A stretch of 64,000 nucleotides of DNA from the NCBI GenBank assembly GCA_030264375.1, contig JASCQW010000137.1, positions 26,031,114 to 26,095,113 on the forward strand, read 5' to 3'. The position numbers were made by a program, and so were the translations under genes. This stretch comes from Carcharhinus longimanus. Its lineage: Eukaryota. Below are positions 60,444-64,000 of the stretch, piece by piece. The notes below the pieces were generated by a model. That model was not told the origin of the DNA. It did no database searches and was given only the letters and a program-made list of their open reading frames with translations. Positions within the stretch are counted from its first letter, which is position 1. Each line of letters opens with the position of its first letter.

Positions 60444-63180
60444 ATTATCTTCATCCATTTTCATCAATTCCTTGATTGTTCAAATTCCTCTTTTCTGCTT
60501 CTCCATTCAAATGAGTGTATCTAGGTGAACTAGTCACATGCATGAAACCACGTTCCTGCACAAAGCTGATTAGCAACTGAGGTTAGTTGTCTGACACTAC
60601 AATGTCCGAGATGTCATGTGTCACAGAGTGTTCTCAGTGATGTAATGACTGCCTCTGTCATGGTGTTGATGAGTGTGCTCACTTCAAATCATTGGAAGAA
60701 AGATGATGATGATGATGACTTTGCCTTTAAACTTAAATAAATTCATTCCCAGGTACTGCCATGACCTTGAAGGAAAAGTGGGGGTTGTCAGTGGTTTGCT
60801 GTGCTGTTGGCTATTCACTAAACACATCAGACAATTCATAATTGACTCTTCACTGATGTCTGACCACCAGAGTAACTCAGTACTTTGCTACTCCTAAATT
60901 ACCAGGATGTACTTTTTGGTGATTGCCATATTGAAGTGTTTTAGGGACGACAAATCAGTCATTAAAACCTAAGATGTCATTCATGATCAAGAGGTGTTTT
61001 CTCTGTTCAAACAAAGTATTGACAAAGTATTGGGTTGTTAGGAGTGGAATTCTGCCATCCATTGTAGAAATCATCTTTTATTTTGATGTACTTGTCATCC
61101 TGCTGTTGTGCTTGTTTCATGTCTAATAATCACTTCCCCATGGCTGATAAGTGTTTAGGAATGTTCGAAGTACACACTTCTTGCTTCCTCAAGAAAATAA
61201 AAAAAATTAAATCTCCCAGTTTGACTCTTTCCACTGCTATTCTTGATAAAGCATCAACTGTCACCTGGTACATCCCTTGAACATTCTAAGTAACTGAATT
61301 GTATCTCATGAATCTCAGTCTAACGTTGAATTTGAGGTGGCATTTTGCAATTTTTCTTTAAGTTAATAAGCACATCCAAAAGACTGTGGCTAGTTTCAAT
61401 CTTCAGTTCCATCACGTAATCAGAGAACTTTTCACAGGTCTACGCTTTTTCTTCCCCTCAATGGTTACTTATCTTTTTTCTGTGTCAATGAGAGATCCTA
61501 AGGCAAAATAAACTGATCTTTGTCTATCAGTTTAACTTGAAACAGAACTGCACTCAAAACCTGTAGCCTAGCAATTTTGAATCATAATGTGCTAGAACTT
61601 CTAGTGAAATTAGAAGATTTTTTAATTGTAACTAAAAGCATTTTGTTGGTCCACACTCTAGCACCACTACTGATCTTGTCTCAACAGCTCATTGATTTTC
61701 ATCACGTTTGATAGGAACTTGCCTCCTTGGTTGACTATCCCAAGGAATCTTTGCATTTCAGTGATGGTTCCACGCCGTGAGAACTCTAATCATATTGCTT
61801 TCCTGCAGGTCATAGCAATTCCAGAAGCTTGCAAAGCGTGCACTAAGAATTTGATCATAGGCTCTGCAAATTCAAAATTTGTCATTCAATGCTTTTTTAG
61901 GACTTTTGAGGGCTGCTCTCACTCAACGGTCATGTTCTTCCCTCAATGAAGCACATTATGAGAATGTCATCCAAATGGCAGATTACACCTTCTATGCCTT
62001 CCAATGGCTGAAATGCTGTTCTTTGGAATATCTCAGAAGCAATTCCAAATGTTACCCCGTTAACATAATAACGGCCAAAATGGGGTGATAAAAGTAGTTA
62101 ACATGCTGGATTTTTTGTCTAGAAACAAACTAACAATAGCCACAGTCAGCCTCTAATTTTGTGAAGAGCGTGCTTTTTGTTCATTTGACAGGACTTTCAT
62201 CCACTGGTGACATCGGGTGAATCTCACACTCTATTGCACTTGTTTGAATCAAGTCTGAGCAGATTCCAATTGAAGTATTAGGCTTTGGTGCTGTGAACGT
62301 TCCAGAACACCCTTTTGCTGGAATGGTTACTGAACAGATGACCCCTTGTTGTAAAACGAGTTCAGTTTCACTCTTGACTCTGTCCAAGAATGGATGTTGG
62401 ATCTTTCTTGTCTTGAGGAGACATATAGGCATCACATCGACCCTTAAGGTTATTGATCTTCTGTTTCCAGCTTTCTTAAATATGAAAAATAGGGATGGGA
62501 ATTCACTTCTAACTAAAGCACTAGATTTCTCATTAGCAATTCCATCAACCTGGTAAATAAACCTCAGCTGCAAACATACTTTTCTGCTCAATGATGATCC
62601 TTGTTCTTTATCACATGCGAGGGTTCATCATTTATTTGTCTTTAAATCTTGCCAGGTGTTTGTCTATTACTTCTAACGCTTCCCCTCCTGGACCTTGTAG
62701 CTGGATGGTGGAAGGTCGTAATGTGATATTTTAAGCCACTTTCCTTCATCACATAACACAGACATCTGCAGCAATATTTCGCTTGAATTCTGAAGGGATA
62801 ACCATCAACTTTGCTCCAATAATTATTTTCAGTTTTGTTAACTTCTGATAGGAAGAAGGTTTTTTTGTATTTTCTCTGGCTGGTCCACTTCTTCGATTTG
62901 ACTTGGTTTTGTGGTTGTGTTGTTATCTCTTTCTTCCTGCGAGGTATAGGATTTTTGTGATCTATAGTCACTGCTGTCTGAACTTTGGGGCTACGTGTGT
63001 GCTTGCATTTGCAGCATTCACAATGCTCCATTCCCAGGTAACTGTGGTTATTTTTCTTCTTGCCCTTTTTCCAAGGGTTGGTAGGTCTTTTAGATCTGTA
63101 GTGTTCTCCTGAAGTTCGATTGGGTCTTTACTCTCTGTCTGCTGCTATCATGTTTTGCCTGGAGTTCAGAGTCTAGACGG
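60444..63180 (-). mobile_element. Decayed Ty3/Gypsy LTR retrotransposon gag-pol (PR-RT-RH-IN order)
   Basis: Minus strand: protease-like FKRNIAADVCV (~62790-62755); RT LTTFITPF (~62100) and GIASEIFQR...EGVICHLDDILI (~61990-61955); RNase H VYFALGSLIDTEKR, CEKFSDYV and DALSR (61255-61241); integrase WW...NCLMC, PSRSWQYLG, DIVVSDN (60600-60586), HVTSSPRY...NGEAE. Many stops and frameshifts. Confidence 0.9.
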
Positions 63181-63347
63181 AATTTATTTAGGGTTTACCT
63201 GTTACCCCAAGAATGATATCATACTGTTATTCATTAAATTGATTATTTACAAGTCTATGTTCTGCTTCCCACCACATCACAGTTACTTTATCATGTGACA
63301 TTGCTCCATAGTAGCAAGAATAATTATGTCAGTATCAGGCGCTCCTG

Positions 63348-63615
63348 ATGGTGGCACAGTGGTTAACACTGCTGCTTCACAGCTCTATGGACGCAGGTTC
63401 AATTCCCTGCTTTGATCACTGTCAGTGTGGAGTCTGCACGTTCCGCCCATGTCCTCCCACAATCCAAAAGACATGCTGATTGGGTGCATTGGCCATGCTA
63501 AATTCTCCCTCAGTGTACCTGAACAGGCACCAGGGTATGGCAACTGGAGGATTTTCACTGTAACTTCATTGCAATGTTAATGTGAGCCTACTTATGATGT
63601 TCATAAATAAACTTT
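63348..63615 (+). mobile_element. HE1-like V-SINE with alternative tail
   Basis: GGTGGCACAGTGGTTAACACTGCTGC head; tail GGATTTTCACTGTAACTTCATTGCAATGTTAATGTGAGCCTACTT...AATAAACTTT. Confidence 0.85.
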
Positions 63616-63699
63616 ACCCCTTTACAGAAGTGTCAGCATATCTCAGTGATTGCATGATCATTTGACTCAAGATTGAAAAATTCAAATTCACTACAGACT

Positions 63700-64000
63700 T
63701 GAACAAAAAAAAAGTGTCATGCTTCACTGTATTGCTGAGGGGATTCTGCACTGTCTTCCAGAGATGAGACATTAAACTAACGACATGCTTGGGGCATGCA
63801 AAATTCCACATGCGGAATTAGAACAGGGAATTCCAGGACAACACTGCTCCCTGCACCAACAATGAGAAAGCAATCTGGTAATTTATCTGGTGTCTGTGCA
63901 GCTTTGTTACATCTTCCTAAACCACCGTAACTACTTCAAAAATATAATCTATTGATTTATGACACTTTGGGGCTGCCTCTGTAGATAAAATGCTATAAAA
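63700..64000 (+). mobile_element. Old Deu-domain SINE (SacSINE1/AmnSINE-like)
   Basis: CTGAGGGGATTCTGCACTGTC...GATGAGACATTAAAC...ACTACTTCAAAA...ACTTTGGG...ATGCTATA resembles my recollection of the DeuSINE body and tail. Confidence 0.6.

Overview
Vertebrate nuclear DNA, almost certainly elasmobranch (shark): it carries many HE1-type V-SINEs, HER1/CR1 LINE fragments and a Deu-domain SINE. I cannot support any intact host protein-coding gene. The ORF track is mostly noise or decayed transposon frames, so the window looks like a large intron or gene desert. Recognisable content: about 9 HE1-like SINEs with two alternative 3' tails; many CR1 fragments, including a near-complete decayed ORF2 (31.6-34.1 kb) and a nested cluster (40.7-43.2 kb); L2 and Rex1/Babar fragments; a decayed Ty3/Gypsy gag-pol (60.4-63.2 kb, minus strand); candidate solo LTRs; four decayed PIF/Harbinger elements carrying a spliced Myb/SANT-like gene, one also with a convergent transposase remnant, plus related MITEs; and several Penelope-derived pseudo-LTR pieces with minimal hammerhead-ribozyme cores. 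Between the repeats are repeat-free, homeodomain-motif-rich blocks that resemble conserved enhancers. The most unusual signal is a CpG-rich, highly degenerate ~42-45 bp periodic array at ~55.27-55.70 kb. All family calls come from motif recognition by eye and element boundaries are approximate.
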